NCBI GenBank assembly: GCA_043228905.1
Contig: JBHGNT010000015.1
Coordinates: 13,144,001-13,208,000, forward strand
Source of the DNA: Azolla caroliniana
Lineage: Eukaryota > Plantae > Polypodiophyta
Length of the DNA: 64,000 nt
Direction of reading: 5' to 3'
The position numbers and the translations under genes were made by a program. Within the stretch, counting starts at the first letter, position 1, and each line of letters opens with the position of its first letter. The notes beneath the pieces are model-generated. The model had not been told where the DNA came from, searched no databases, and was given only the letters and a program-made list of their open reading frames with translations. Of the stretch, positions 26,601 to 39,360 are shown in pieces.

Positions 26601-29600
26601 CATAACCCTCCAAATAAACACCTTCGCTCTAAATGACAAATGTGAACACCAACCCTTCTGAAGTACATTCTTCCACCAAATTGTTGGTCTATGAAAAGAC
26701 CATACCTTAATTACCCTATTTTCTAACCACATATGTTTCCCTCTATATGAACCCAAGTGCCACTAGGCCTTAGGCTTATTTTTCGCCTTGTCTTTGTCCA
26801 TCTTCGAAGTAGGCCGAGATGTGCTTTGGTCGTTCGGGGGCTCTTGTGGCCCACTAAGCCTTGTCGTAATCGGGCTTTCTTCGAACATGTGTTCGAGTTG
26901 ATTTCCATCTTCTATCTCTTGTTTGGCGGATTCCGGGTCGACCAGACATGATTCGGGAGGAGTCTGCTCGGGTTTGTACCATGATGCCGATTTGTCGAAG
27001 ACTACATCTCGACTCACATGAACCTTCTGAGTCGAGGGGTTGTAACACTTTTACCCCTTTTGGTCCAGTGAGTATCCTACGACGATACATTTCTCTGACT
27101 TTGGGTTGAGATTTTGTCGCTTCTCGTCGGGGATGTGCATGTATGCAATGTGAGCCAAATATCCAAACATGTGATAGATCCGGCTTGTTTCCGAAAAACT
27201 TCTGGTGCGCAGTAACCTCATGCACGTTGGATGTTGTACACCAGTTCATTTGGTAGAAGGCTGTATTGGTGGCTTCTGCCCAGTACGACTTCGGCATGTG
27301 CTTCTCTTTAAGCATGGCCCGTGCTACTTCGAGGATGTGCTGATTCTTTCGTTTGGCTACTCTGTTCTATTGTGGCGTATGTAGACACGAAAACTCTTGC
27401 CAAATTCCTTCTTTCCGAAGAAACGCTGAAAATTCGTCGGAGAAGTACTCTTTTCCTCCATCCGACCGAAGACATCGTACATGTCTACCTGTTTCTATTT
27501 CAACTCCATTGTTGAATTTTTGGAAGTGTCCGAACACTTCGCTCTTTTGCCGCATGGGATAGATCCAGGTGTGCTTGGAGAAGTCGTCGATGAAGGCCAC
27601 ATAGGATCAACATCCGCCGAATGTAGCCATTTGAGTTGGGCCCCATACATCGGAATGAATTACGTCGAGTACGCCTTTGCTCACATTCCTTTCCTTAGGA
27701 AATGGGTGCCGATGTTGCTTGCCGAATTGGCAGGCTGCACATACGCCTTCAATCTCTTTCTCTTTGAAGGTCGGGAGTGCGATGATGACTCCTTTCGATT
27801 GTATTGCCTTAAGCTTTTGGAGGTTGATGTGGCCAATCCACTTGTGCCACAAATCTATGTCGGTGTCGGCTTTGGTACCTTTTGCAAACATGGCCGATTT
27901 CATCTCGTGCGAGTCGAGAATGAAGATTTGGCTCTCTTCGTCTACGAGCGATGAGTCAACCCTCTTTCTCGATGAAGCAACCGCCTTGATTAAATCAAAC
28001 TTGCATCCCTAGCTCAACAATTTGGCCGGCGGAGACCAAATTCTTCGTAATGGTTGGTACATGCAAGACATTCTTAATGTAAGTTTGGTTACCTTCATTT
28101 CCGAATGGAACATTGCCGATGTGCTAAATCGGATGAGTAGTGTCGTCTTTGATTTCGACATAGCCGAGTCGGTCCGGCTCTCGAAGTTCTCGGAACCATT
28201 CTTGATGAGACATCATATGGTTTGAGGCACAGGAGTCGATGAACCATATGTCTTCCAAACTAGAGGCACTATTCGAAGTAGAAGCTGACATAGAATTTGC
28301 TCTATGACTCATCATGAACATTCCGCCATGATCGTCATAGTCGGAGTTGGTGGCGTAATTGGTGAGTTGTCGGCTTGTGGAAGCTGACTCACGCTTCTTC
28401 TTTTGGCACTCTTCTTCGTGGTGGCCGATTTAACCGCAATATCCGCACTCAATCGAGGTTTGTCAGTTCGGACCGGAATGGAAGCTCCCCCTTCTTCCGA
28501 AGGTTCCTCAATGGCTTCCGTCTTGTTGCCGAAATTGGGAAATTTTTCATAAGTCGGACCTCGTCCACCTTGTCCTTGGCCGAATCAGTCTCTTGCTCGG
28601 CCACGTCCTATTCCTCCGTTCGAATGTGTGCCCAATAACATTCCGAGGCATTTCTCCTCGTTCAAACATGGTTTTCTTCAGTCAATAACATGGATTGAAG
28701 ATCGAAGAAAGAGGGAGCATGTGGCCTTCCGAGGCATTTCTCCTCATTCAAACATGGTTTTCTTCAGTCAATAACATGGATTGAAGATCAAAGAAAGAGG
28801 GAGGATTCTCCCGTGCTAGTACAACGGTCCTCATCGCGCCGAACCGTAGTACAAGGCCACTGAGGCATATTTGCACCATCTCATTGTCATCCACATTGAC
28901 ACTTATTGAGCCGAGCGAGTCACAAAGCTCATTGATCTTCAAGGTGTAGCTTGTGATGGACAAATCCCTTTGTTGGATGTTGTTCAACTCTTGGTGGAGT
29001 TAAAGCTTTCTCCCATGCTTCCTTCGGCATCTCGGCGTCTCGAATGTAGCCGAGCATGTCGTCATGAACACATGTCGCCAAGCAATACATTACTCGATTC
29101 ACTGCTTGCTCCCATGTTGAGTAGTCGGCATCCTTTGGGTCGGGTCGATTTTCTTGTGCTCCTTTGATGTAGCTCCAATAGCCTTGGCTAGCAAGGTATT
29201 GGTGCATCGTGTACTCCCAAGATGCAAAATTGTTTCTATCTAACTTCTCGTTAGGGAGAGCGCTCCCCATTTGAGTATTCATTGTCGACGAATATCTACT
29301 TCTTCTTTTCCTTCTCAGATCCCGAACACGAGCTATGTAGTCGCACTACGATAGCGATGAGCCGGTTCTTCATGAACGTTGGCATAGAGCACTTGACACA
29401 CGCGAATGGGCTACATTGAGCTACCAAATCACTCTGATATCAAGTAAAGAATCAGATATGATTCTTGTGCAGCAGAAGAGATGTTTGTTATGTGTATGTG
29501 TAAGGGGAAAGAGATGAGAGAAGAGAAAACACAAGATAGATAGATGAAAGAAAAATGAAGTACTCAAGAAGAAGGTGTACATTAACAAGGAGAATAGCAA

Positions 29601-29885
29601 ATACAAAATGTAGCATTACAAGGAGTCACAACCGACACTATATGAAGTAGGAGGAGGGTGCTTTTTATAAGGTCGCCCTCTCTCTTCATTAACTCACTAC
29701 AATGTCCACTCTCTCTCTAGAACCTTAAGGAATGTGAAGACTCGTTAGTCATGGGGAATATAGAACTCATTAATGATGTGTTATAGAATATGATTCTATG
29801 ACACATAGTTAATGTGTAGAGAGTGCTCATTGATTGTCAAAGGGTGTGTTCACACTCAATGTTAGGTTGAGCTTGATTCTGAACA
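23615..29885 (-). mobile_element. Ty1/copia LTR retrotransposon (Copia-2), degenerate
   Basis: LTRs at 23615-24080 and 29443-29885 (23-bp indel); near-TSD GGTAA/GGTAG; mutated PBS near 29432-29442; PPT at 24081. Gag EKLDRNNFASW, WFIDSCASNHM, INT, YVDD and RH lie in broken frames; an 86-bp-offset duplication sits at 28641/28727. Confidence 0.93.
25995..26779 (-). mobile_element. 5'-truncated L1 LINE insertion (zf-RVT 3' end) inside Copia-2
   Basis: Poly(A) tail appears as a T-run at 25992-26005. 16-bp TSD TTTTCGCCTTGTCTTT at 25979-25994 and 26780-26795. ORF motifs KVFIWR..LPLG, HRFISCP and WFIWHMRNAFIF. Confidence 0.9.
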
Positions 29886-30480
29886 GGTAGTTAGTTAGTA
29901 ACCGTTGCCGAACGACAATGTATTCTTGATGTAATCCTTCCATGCTCCCTATATAAAGGGGCAGATGTGTTGTACAAGTGTGTGAGAATTTTAATAGAAA
30001 ATTATCTTTGGATACACCTTGTCTATTGTGTTATTGTGTTTGTGTAATTGATTTTAGTTCGAGGTTAAGGTGTAGAATGTAGAGCCGATTGGACAATACT
30101 AGTAAGTAATCCATTTGTATTAACTTCTGATTTGTAAATTCCATCCGCAACCACAACATTTGATAAGGGTGCTTAGGGAATAAGTATCCGACCTGTGTTT
30201 ACTGAGAGCATACAACATGAATGCTCTCCTTAATCCGTGTTGTCCTGACAAATCTTTTATTCCGTTCAATATCTCTACACAGACTGTTGCCCCCTTTTTT
30301 CTTTTCTTCTCTCTAATGTTTTCTTTTTCCCCTTTTTTTACATCTTCCCCCTCCTTCTCCACACGCTTCCACACCTCCTTTTCCCACTTTCTACCTTTGG
30401 CCGCACCACACATGATGACAAGACCATGGAGGTCTTCGACAAGGGAGGACAGAAGGGCTAAGAGGGTGCAAATGATAGGG

Positions 30481-30725
30481 GACTCGAAGGCTCTTAAGAG
30501 TCGAAAGCTCCATAGAGTCAAGCGCTTCTCAGACTTGGAAGCTCATCCATGTCGATGGTTCTCTAGAGTCAAAACCTCTTTAGAGTCAAAGGTTTTCTAG
30601 AGTTGAAACCTCTCACGAGTCGAAAAATCCCTAGAGTTGAAGAGAAGGCAGACTCGAAGGGAGCACAGAGTCGACGAGAAGCAAAGTCGAAGGGAGCGAA
30701 GAGTTGAAGGGAGCCGAGAATTGAC
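30481..30725 (+). repeat. Degenerate 17-bp tandem array, ~14 units with a GAGTCGAA core
   Basis: Units start at 30481, 30498, 30515, 30532, 30549, 30566, 30583, 30600, 30617, 30634, 30651, 30668, 30684 and 30701. Confidence 0.85.
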
Positions 30726-30829
30726 AGGAAGCAAAGTCCTTCTCTTTTCTCCTTCTTGCTCTCGCAAGTAGGCCAACAATTTATGCATGAGGTTAGGGTG
30801 GAAACAAGTGATTAAGTAAAGAGCATAAA

Positions 30830-33800
30830 TGTTGAGCGAGCAAGCTCAACTGGATCCGGATCGGTTGTATAAGCTTGAGCAGGATTGGTATCCGGATGGT
30901 ATTTGGTAATAACCGACTGGATTGGGGAGATGGATTGGAGAGCCGGATTCGAGCACGAACCGGAAGCCTAGTAGTAGCCTAGACTACTAGGTAATCATTG
31001 TCTCGTAGTTAGTGTCACTCACACGTAGGAATATTGAAGTACGCGGTACTTTTGTCAGTCCTTTTATGGACTTGTATAAATAGTACTGTTATAGCACATT
31101 GTATGTATAGAGTGTTTTTATTTTTTGAATCTACATTTACATTCTGCTCTCTCTCTATCTCTCCTGCATATACTCTCTGTGTATTAAGCTTCTCCATTAA
31201 ACCTTCATCTTTTTCGCTGTTGCTATCCGACTGAGTTGGTTCTGTCTAACGCTTCTGCACGTTAACATTCACATGGTATCAGAGCGCGAGAGTTGAGAAC
31301 CTCTGCAATTGACACTTGCTTTCGTAGACGAACCCTAGAACCCAGTAACAACAGACAGAGAGAAAGATATGGACAGAGGTATGACAAGTTCACTTCCCAC
31401 AGAGAAGCTCAACCAGAGCAACTACACGTCCTGGTCATATAAAATGCACTAGTACCTGCTGGGGCATGGATATTGGAGCTACGTGGAAGGAACCAACGAG
31501 GTAGTGTCAGAGTCGACACACAAGGACTTCCCGGCATGGGAGCAAGGAGCGAGCCGAGTACTGTATTGCCTCGCGTCCTATGTGCACAATCAGATGCTCG
31601 GCTACATCAACGATGCAAAGATGCCGAAGGAGGTCTGGGAAAATCTTCGGAAGATTTTCACCGCGAGTACCATAGCCTGTAAGTTGTAGCTCTGGTAAGA
31701 GCTAAACAACATCAGGCAAAGAGATATGTCGGTTACGGACTACACCACTAAAATAAAGGAGATTTGTGACGCACTTGCACAACAGTACAGGCCAATCCGG
31801 ACGGCGATCTGCACCTGGGAGAAGGCATTGTCATTCTTTAACTTACAATCAATGTTGATGGTAGAAGAAAACCACACGAGCGGGTTGAGGACCACTCAAT
31901 CGGACAACCGGATGTTGTACACGGAGTCAGATCGGCCCCTTGGACATGGAGGACGAGGTGGGTCGGCACACAATGGAGGCGCCCGACAAGAACATGACAA
32001 ACAACACAAAAACAGTGCCGACAACAGTTCCAGACCCTCCACAATTAGGGGGAGTCAAAGTGGCGCCGGGAACCGGCAAGGAATGCCTGACACGAAATGT
32101 TGGTACTGTGGCAAAAAGGACAGGGAAAGCGAGTGCTAGAACAAGCGCACCGATTCAGACAAATCCGGATCCGACAAATCAGGTCGGGAAAATCGGCAAA
32201 GCTTGCACTACGCTAAAGGATTAGAGGGATCCAGAACCGGGAAAACCGGAAAGGGGCCAATCTTCGTAATGAGACACAAGGCAAACCCGATGAAGGAGAC
32301 TACTTCCAAATCGGAGGAAGTACGGTACGTTGATTTTGGTGCGTCGAACCACATGACGAGCCACGAAGAGTGGTTCTCTTTTCTAGAGATACCGGATCAA
32401 CCGAGAGATGTCGAAACCGGAGATGACACTCCTCACTTGATTGTGCATGTCGGAGAAGTCCCTTTGAGCCATGTCGGACAGAGGGGGAAGCTGATGAACG
32501 TATTACACGTTCCGAAAATCACAAAGAACCTTGTGTCGGTCAAACAAATCGTTGAACAGGGGATTCAAGTTCGGTTTATGCACCTTGGGTGCTTCATCGA
32601 AGAAGAGGGCCAGATTATTGCGCAAGGGCGTAGAGATGGGAGGATGTTCATCCTCGATACAAACGATGTTGGCACCGCCTTGTTTGCCAAAGGACAGAAG
32701 ATTGAATCGGACATAGAACTATGGCACAAGCGGATCAGCTACGTCAATTATCGGAGGCTTCAAGCCCTGCAATTGAAACAAGTCGATTTCGGTTTGCCGA
32801 AATTTAGCGGCCGGAAGGCTGAAATTTGTGAACCCTGCCAACTTGGGAAGCAACATTGGCTTCCATTCCCCACTGAACGAAACCGGAGCCGTAACAAGCT
32901 CGACCTCATCCATTCGGATGTATGGGGACCGACATAGAACGTCAGTCTTGGCAGGAGTCGATACTTCGTCTCCTTCATCGACGACCATAGCCGGCACACG
33001 TGGATCTACTTCATCCAGAGGAAGAGGGAAGTCTTCGAGTGTTTCCGGAACCTTCACAGCTTGGTTGAATGGGAAATAGAGAGGAAGATCAAGTGCATGC
33101 GGTCAGATGGCAGAAAAGAATACATTTTCGGCCAATTCAACAGTTATCTGCAGCAAAAGGGAATTCGGAGAGAATTCAACTGTAGGTACACATCAGATCA
33201 GAACAGTGTGGCCGAAAGGAAGAACCGATCGATTGTCGATGCAGCGAGGACAATGCTGGAGGAGAAGCGCATGCCCAAATTCTACTGGGCTGAGGCGGTC
33301 TAGATGGTCGTCTACATCCAAAACCTGGATCGGTGACAAGGTGTTAGCACACGAGATGTATTTCGGGCGCAAGACGAATTTGAGACACCTTCAGATATTT
33401 GGCAGCATAGCATATGTGCATGTACCGGATGAGAAGCGGAGGAAGCTTGATCCGAAGTCGGAGAAGTGCATCCTGGTCGGTTACTCGCATGAGCAGAAGG
33501 GGTATAAGTGCTATAACCCCCGAACGAAATGGGCCCGAGTAAGTCGAGATGTTGAGTTCGACGAGACGACATCGTGGTACTCTCTACCGATTCCGACTTC
33601 CAACTCCAACCCGATCTCGGAGGCTGAGGCCAGTGAGGTTGAACCGGTCCAAATAGAAGACGACGAGCTTGAGACTCTAGAAGAGAGTCCGGATTCGTTT
33701 CGGTTGAGTGGACCGAATGAGCGACTGGGTCAAACTGACTAGTCGGATGAGGAATCGGCGAATAGTGGAGACTCTGCCATGCTCTCCCTGTGTAAGGAAC

Positions 33801-36800
33801 CAAGGAGACGATTCACGCGCAAAGAGAAAAGGAAGCAGAAAATGTCGGAATACGAAACCGGCAACGTTGAGTTGGATCGAAGAGAATCCGACTCCGGAAA
33901 GGATGAAGGAAGATCTTCGGGAACGAAGTCCGAACCAGCCAAGAAGGGCTCCAAACCAGGTGATGACAAGTTATGCCGGTCTTCTTGCCAGAAGAACCCT
34001 GTTACGCGGTATGGGTACAATGAGTACATGGTGCATCACTATGCGTACATGACCAAAGTGGCGGAAGTGCGTGAGCCGGAGAGCTACGCAAAAGTGGCAA
34101 AGGACGCAAATTGGTGTGCCGCTATTGAAGAAGAAATGTGGGCACTCAATGCCAACGACACATGGAACCTCGTTGACCCTCCCCGACATTGTAAACTGAT
34201 CAGTTGCAAATGGGTGTACAAGGTAAAGTACGGTGCTGACGGTTTGGTTAACCGGTACAAGGCCCGGTTAGTGGCGAAGGGATACTCACAAACCCACGGA
34301 ATCGACTATGACGAGACCTTCGCTCCGGTAGCGAAGATGACGACGGTTTGTGTGGTCCCGACGGTTGCTGCAGCAAGGGGGTGGCATCTTCATCAGATGG
34401 ACGTGAAGAATACGTTTCTTCAAGGTAACCTTGAAGAACGGGTCTATATGATCCAACCTCCTGGTTTTCAGTCGGAGATGAACAAGTCGGCGGTGTGCCG
34501 GCTTAAAGTCACTTTACGGTCTAAAACAAGCCCCTTGAGCTTGGAATGCAAAGATCACGCACCGGTTGCGTAAGATGGGGTTTGTAACCTCTAAATCCGA
34601 CTCATCGTTGTTCATCCGGCAAGGTCCGGACGGTCCGGTTTGCATCTTACTTTATGTAGATGATTTAGTCATCAGCGGACCCGAACTCAATGAAATCGGT
34701 CGTGTCAAGGCCCAACTGTCGGACACATTTGAGATTAAGGACCTGGGGGACCTTCATTATTTCATTGGGATCAAGGTGATCCGAACCCCCAACGGCATAT
34801 TGCTCTCCCAACGACAATATGTGTTGAATATGTTGTCCAAGTTCGGCATGATGGAATGCTGACCTATCTCCACACCTTTGGACCGGAACCAGAAGCTCCG
34901 TCCCAACTCTGGACCGGCTTGTGATGAGAAACGGTTCAGACAAATAGTCGGAAGCGTGATATACTTGACAATCACCCAACCCAACATCAGTTATCCAGTC
35001 GGTGTGATCAACCAATTCATGCAGAAGCCAACCATGGAGCACCTTTAGTGCACGCATCGAATATTGCGGTATGTGAGCGACACGAAGGATCAGGGACTAT
35101 TATACTAGCATGGTATAACTAAAGAGCTAGTCGGATACACAGATGCCGACTAGGTTAGTGATGGATTGGATCGCCAATCCACCTCCGGGTACATGTTTTC
35201 CCTTGGTAGCGCAACTGTTGCGTGGAGTAGCAAAAAGCAGCCAACAGTGGCTCTGTCAAGCACTGAGGCTGAATACCGGGGCGATTATTGCGAGATCTCC
35301 GGATTGAGGTGCCGACCCCGATCCTAATCTACTACGACAGCATAAGCAGCATACAGCTCGCCAAAAACCCCATATTCCATGCTCGAACGAAGCACGTAGA
35401 AGAGCATTATCACTTTGTGTGTGAGCGGGTCTTGAGCGGTGAAGTCGACCTTCGGTATGTTCAGACGGATCGGCAGGTTGCCGACATCTTCAGTAAACCG
35501 CTTGGATTGGACAAGTTGCAACACTTCACCGAAATTCTTGGTGTTCAGCATCTCGACGTGCCGCACTTCAGGGGGAGAACGGGCAAAGGCAAAGAAACCG
35601 GTGCCAGAATGGTGTCGCGTGGTGCGTGACACACGTGCCAAGTGTCGTAATGTGAGCGCCACAAGTGCGGACAAGCACCGAGCCTCTATCCGCTAGTGGT
35701 TATGGAGGATTGATGATGGGATTTCCACGCCTACAGGTCGGTCGAATGGGACCATTGAGGTCTTTGACCAGGGAGAACGAATCGGGTGAGTTTTGCTTGT
35801 AAGGAATTGGTCGTTTAGGTTTATCGTCGAGTCGTCCTTCATTGTCGAAGACGCACCCGAACCCGACTCAATGGTGCAGTGGATTGACGTGTAGGCAACT
35901 GAAGTGACGCACTGATGTGGTTGAGAGTGAGAGATCTAGAGAAAAGAAAATTGAGAAAGTGTTTAAGATAGATAGATAGATAGACGGACTAAAATTCCAA
36001 TTCTAAGTTTGAACCCTTGACTTCAATTTAGAGAAACAAGACACATCACCAATAAGATAACTAGGTTTATTATTATTATTAATTATTAATTTGATACATA
36101 ACTTGACGGATTCATAGATTGATTGATCCCCCCTTCTTTCTTTCTTATATAGATGCCCCCATGCATATGATGCATGTGAGGGTGTAAGACATGCATACAA
36201 TGCATGAGATGCATGAGATGCATGAGATGCATGCAATGCATGATTGCCATTTGGTGCTCATGCATCGCATGTGATGCATGATGACCATGTCCCTCATTCA
36301 AGCTCTAATGTATGAGCATTTACATGTGAAAAATACAATGATGAAAGTATAATAAGTAATAACTTAGCATAATGGTAAGTCAATTGTGTCTTAACTTGGA
36401 GGTGCAAGGTTCAAACTTAACTTGCACCCCTTGGTATGCACAAAAATGGTACTAGGCCTTAGGGGTTCTCATTTCATTTATATTTACAACCTGCTAACGT
36501 ACGAGTGTAACCATCGCCCCATTCATTCGTGTGCACATTGGACCTTCTCGATTTTCTCCATTCCACGCGATTTTCACACCGTTGCCGAAAATCTTCACAA
36601 CAACGGGCAAAGGCAAAGAAACCGGTGCCATAACGGGCAAAGGCAAAGAAACAACTGACGGCACCGGACAAGGAACCGGAAAGGGAAGAACCAACAGGGG
36701 AGACAAGAGGAAAAAGGAAGCCGAGTCGATGAAGGAAGTCGAAGTTGGAACGAGTAGCAACGACGGTAGAGTAAAGAAGGACAAAGCTGACCGAAAGGAG

Positions 36801-37652
36801 AAGGCCAAGACCCGGACATGGTCTGATGTGGTGAAGGGCTTGAAACCAAAAGACGAGTTGGAGAACACTGACTCAGACAAGAGCGGAAATGAATCGGAGA
36901 TAGCCGATTCGCTTCAACAGTTGGATTCAGAGGAGCCGAATCAACTAAAGGCCAAGTGGATACGGATGCAGCAGAAGTCGACGTCAACACGAAGGAACTA
37001 ACGGATCGACAAGCGCTGGAGTCGCAGCAGCAAGGGAGCTTAAATGGGCCTGTTGAGCAAACAAGCCGACCAAGGAGGTCGAGGTGCACAGAACCAGAAG
37101 GGTTGCGACAAACAAGACCGGACTGGACGGGGAGTGCGAGCAAGGCGGAGTGACGCCAAAAGGAGCCGGGTAGAAGAACCGACTGCCGCGGATACTAACA
37201 TCACGATTCGACCTCAAGTTGAGCTTGAGGGGGAGTGTTGAGCGAGCAAGGTCAACCGGGATCCGGATCGGCTGGATAAGTGTGAGCCGGATCGGTATCC
37301 GGAAACAACCAGCCGGATCGGAGAGTCGGATTCGAGCGCGAACCGAAAGCCTAGTAGTAGCCTAGACTACTAGATAATCATTGTCTCGTAGTTAGTGTCA
37401 ATTGCACATAGGAATATTGAAGTACGCGGTACTTCTGTCAGTCATTTCATGGACTTGTATAAATAGTGTTGTTATAGCACATTGTATGTACAAAGTGTTT
37501 TTATTTTTTGAATCTACGTTTACATTCTGCTCTCTGTCTCTCCCGCATATACTCTCTGTGTATTAAGCTTCTCTATTAAACCTTCATCTTTTTCTCTGTT
37601 GCTATCCGACTGAGCCGGTTCTATCTAACGCTTCCGCACGTTAACATTCACA
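30830..37652 (+). mobile_element. Ty1/copia LTR retrotransposon (Copia-3), degenerate, related to Copia-2 and Copia-4
   Basis: LTRs at 30830-31273 and 37236-37652; TSD ATAAA; PBS TGGTATCAGAGC at 31274-31285; PPT at 37227-37235; broken gag-pol. Confidence 0.95.
35613..36602. mobile_element. ~990-bp solo LTR inserted in the Copia-3 3' region
   Basis: TGTCGCG..CACAACA ends; 4-bp TSD ATGG/ACGG (CpG decay); removing it restores a 30-bp tandem repeat and the reading frame. Confidence 0.7.
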
Positions 37653-38490
37653 ATAAACTTAAGGATTGACAAGCAAGATTAAGAATGGGGAGATTTATAT
37701 TAGGTCGTAAACATTTAGATTAAACAAGGAAAACCCCTTTTTAGGTTGGGGTGTGCAACGGTTTGAGTGGATAATTACAATGGTGGTAGCAACACTAACC
37801 ACTAATTAAGTTACTAAGAGAAAAAGAAAGATAGAAGAGGAGGGTTGAAGCTCCCGGTGATGGTGAGTCGAGTGGGCTGCCAAGACCGCAGTTACCACCG
37901 ATGGCTACGTTTCAACGAATTGGGGCCGAGTTCTCGAGCTACTCTATCCTCCCTTCGAGCGATCAGTGCACGAGCTCGTTGAACCTCTCCTTGAAGGTTC
38001 GAGACGCCAAACACAGAAGACAAAGGAGACGAAGATGAGCACCCATAACACCAAAATGCACAAGAAGAAGAAGAAGAAGAAGAAAACCAAAACACCAAAA
38101 TGAACTAAAAGAGCAAAATGTGACCTCTTCCCCTCCTTTTAAAGGGGGAGCACAGCTCAAAAATGCCATTATTCGAAAATGAAAAGAGAATAAAAGAGTC
38201 CTTGATTCACTGTAGGGATTTCAAAATCCCCACCCTCATTCACCATGTTTTCATAATTTTTTTAATGTACTAGTGCGCCCCTTTTCTTTCCTCCTTTTTG
38301 CATTTCTGCCCTTTTCTCCACAAGCTTCTGTCCTTCTTTTTCCCACTTTCTACCTTTGGCCACACCACATCACGACAACATTTAAACCATTAAGTTCATA
38401 AAGGATTTCAGAAACAAACCAAAATTGAATTGTTTACAAATATTTAAACTTGAACCAAACCAAACCGTTTAAACCATTAACCTGCGGCGG

Positions 38491-39360
38491 TGTCGTGATG
38501 TTGTTAGTGTATATTAGGAAATGAGTTAAACAAAACATACATAAAAGATTGAAGCATAGACCAAAGGTATAGCAAGAGGACATGAGGTAAGATAAAGTTA
38601 AAGATAATAAAAATATTTAGCTTAACTTTAATGAGTTTAAATTATGAATGAAAGGTGAAGGGTTCAAATCTTGAAATGGATGATGAAGGGACAAACGTGA
38701 TCTATAGTAAACAACAAGGTGTATAGTTGAGTTGAAGTCAAGTGCTACAAAAAGAAACTTTTTATTTTGATAAAAGCCCTCTTAAAACTTATAAAAGGGA
38801 GAGGAGAACTTTTTGTTTTGGGGGGGATTTTGGGATCAATGTCGAAGCAATGCCGAAATCTCGAACTAGTTTGGAGTAGCAAAACAAGAGGGCATTAAAG
38901 ACAACAAACTACAAGAAGCAACGAAGTCGATTCACTGGTTCTATAAACCAAAACTTGAGGATATCCCTTTGAATCTTCACCACAAAGCTTCCATCTCGAA
39001 CCTCTTTATTCATGTATCCCGTCTAAGCCACTCCATGTACCAAAGTTGAGATAATTTCAGAACCGCGATTATGAAAAGCTCTTGCTGTGGTCGTGGCAAT
39101 TGCCGACGAACCCATATAAAACTAAATTTTGTAATCTATTATTTAGTACTACTTGTTATTGAACAAGGATCGTGTTAGAAATTTTGTTTGTGATTTGAGT
39201 TCGGAGCATGAAGTTGCCGGATTTGTGAAAAGAAGCATCCTCAAATTATTGTTTTGTAAGACTCACACTATCGAAGAGAAGAGTTCGTCACAAGGTTCAT
39301 GTTGGTTCTTTCAGAACGAGATTCCGATCACCAGATGAGAAGTTGGAGCCTTCTACATCT
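38491..39360. mobile_element. Possible LTR remnant
   Basis: Starts TGTCGTGATG, the reverse complement of CATCACGACA at the X2 end; TATAAAA near 38790; right end not found. Confidence 0.3.

Larger units (their letters stand above)
23452..30217 (+). mobile_element. Solo LTR (~495 bp: 23452-23614 plus 29886-30217) split by Copia-2
   Basis: TGTTAG..CAACA ends, near-TSD TCAAT/TGAAT, and a TATATAAA box near 29950. Confidence 0.6.
22880..30412. mobile_element. Old LTR-like remnant X1, split by nested inserts at 23452-30217
   Basis: Shares GTGGGCTGCCAAGACCGC (23180 vs 37872) and TTCCCACTTTCTACCTTTGGCC.CACCACA (30381 vs 38340) with X2. Left end uncertain. Confidence 0.5.
30413..38377. mobile_element. 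Old LTR-like remnant X2 (30413-30829 plus 37653-38377) split by Copia-3
   Basis: Similar to X1; possible TGATG..CATCA ends; no clean TSD found. Confidence 0.5.

Noticed and set aside
30481-30725. CRISPR array (also considered for 19203-19530)
   Set aside because: Eukaryotic TE context with no cas genes; the spacers are too short or homologous to one another.
35578-36630. 29-bp direct repeat read as a long TSD or tyrosine-recombinase element
   Set aside because: Better explained as a pre-existing 30-bp tandem repeat interrupted by a TG..CA solo LTR with a 4-bp TSD.
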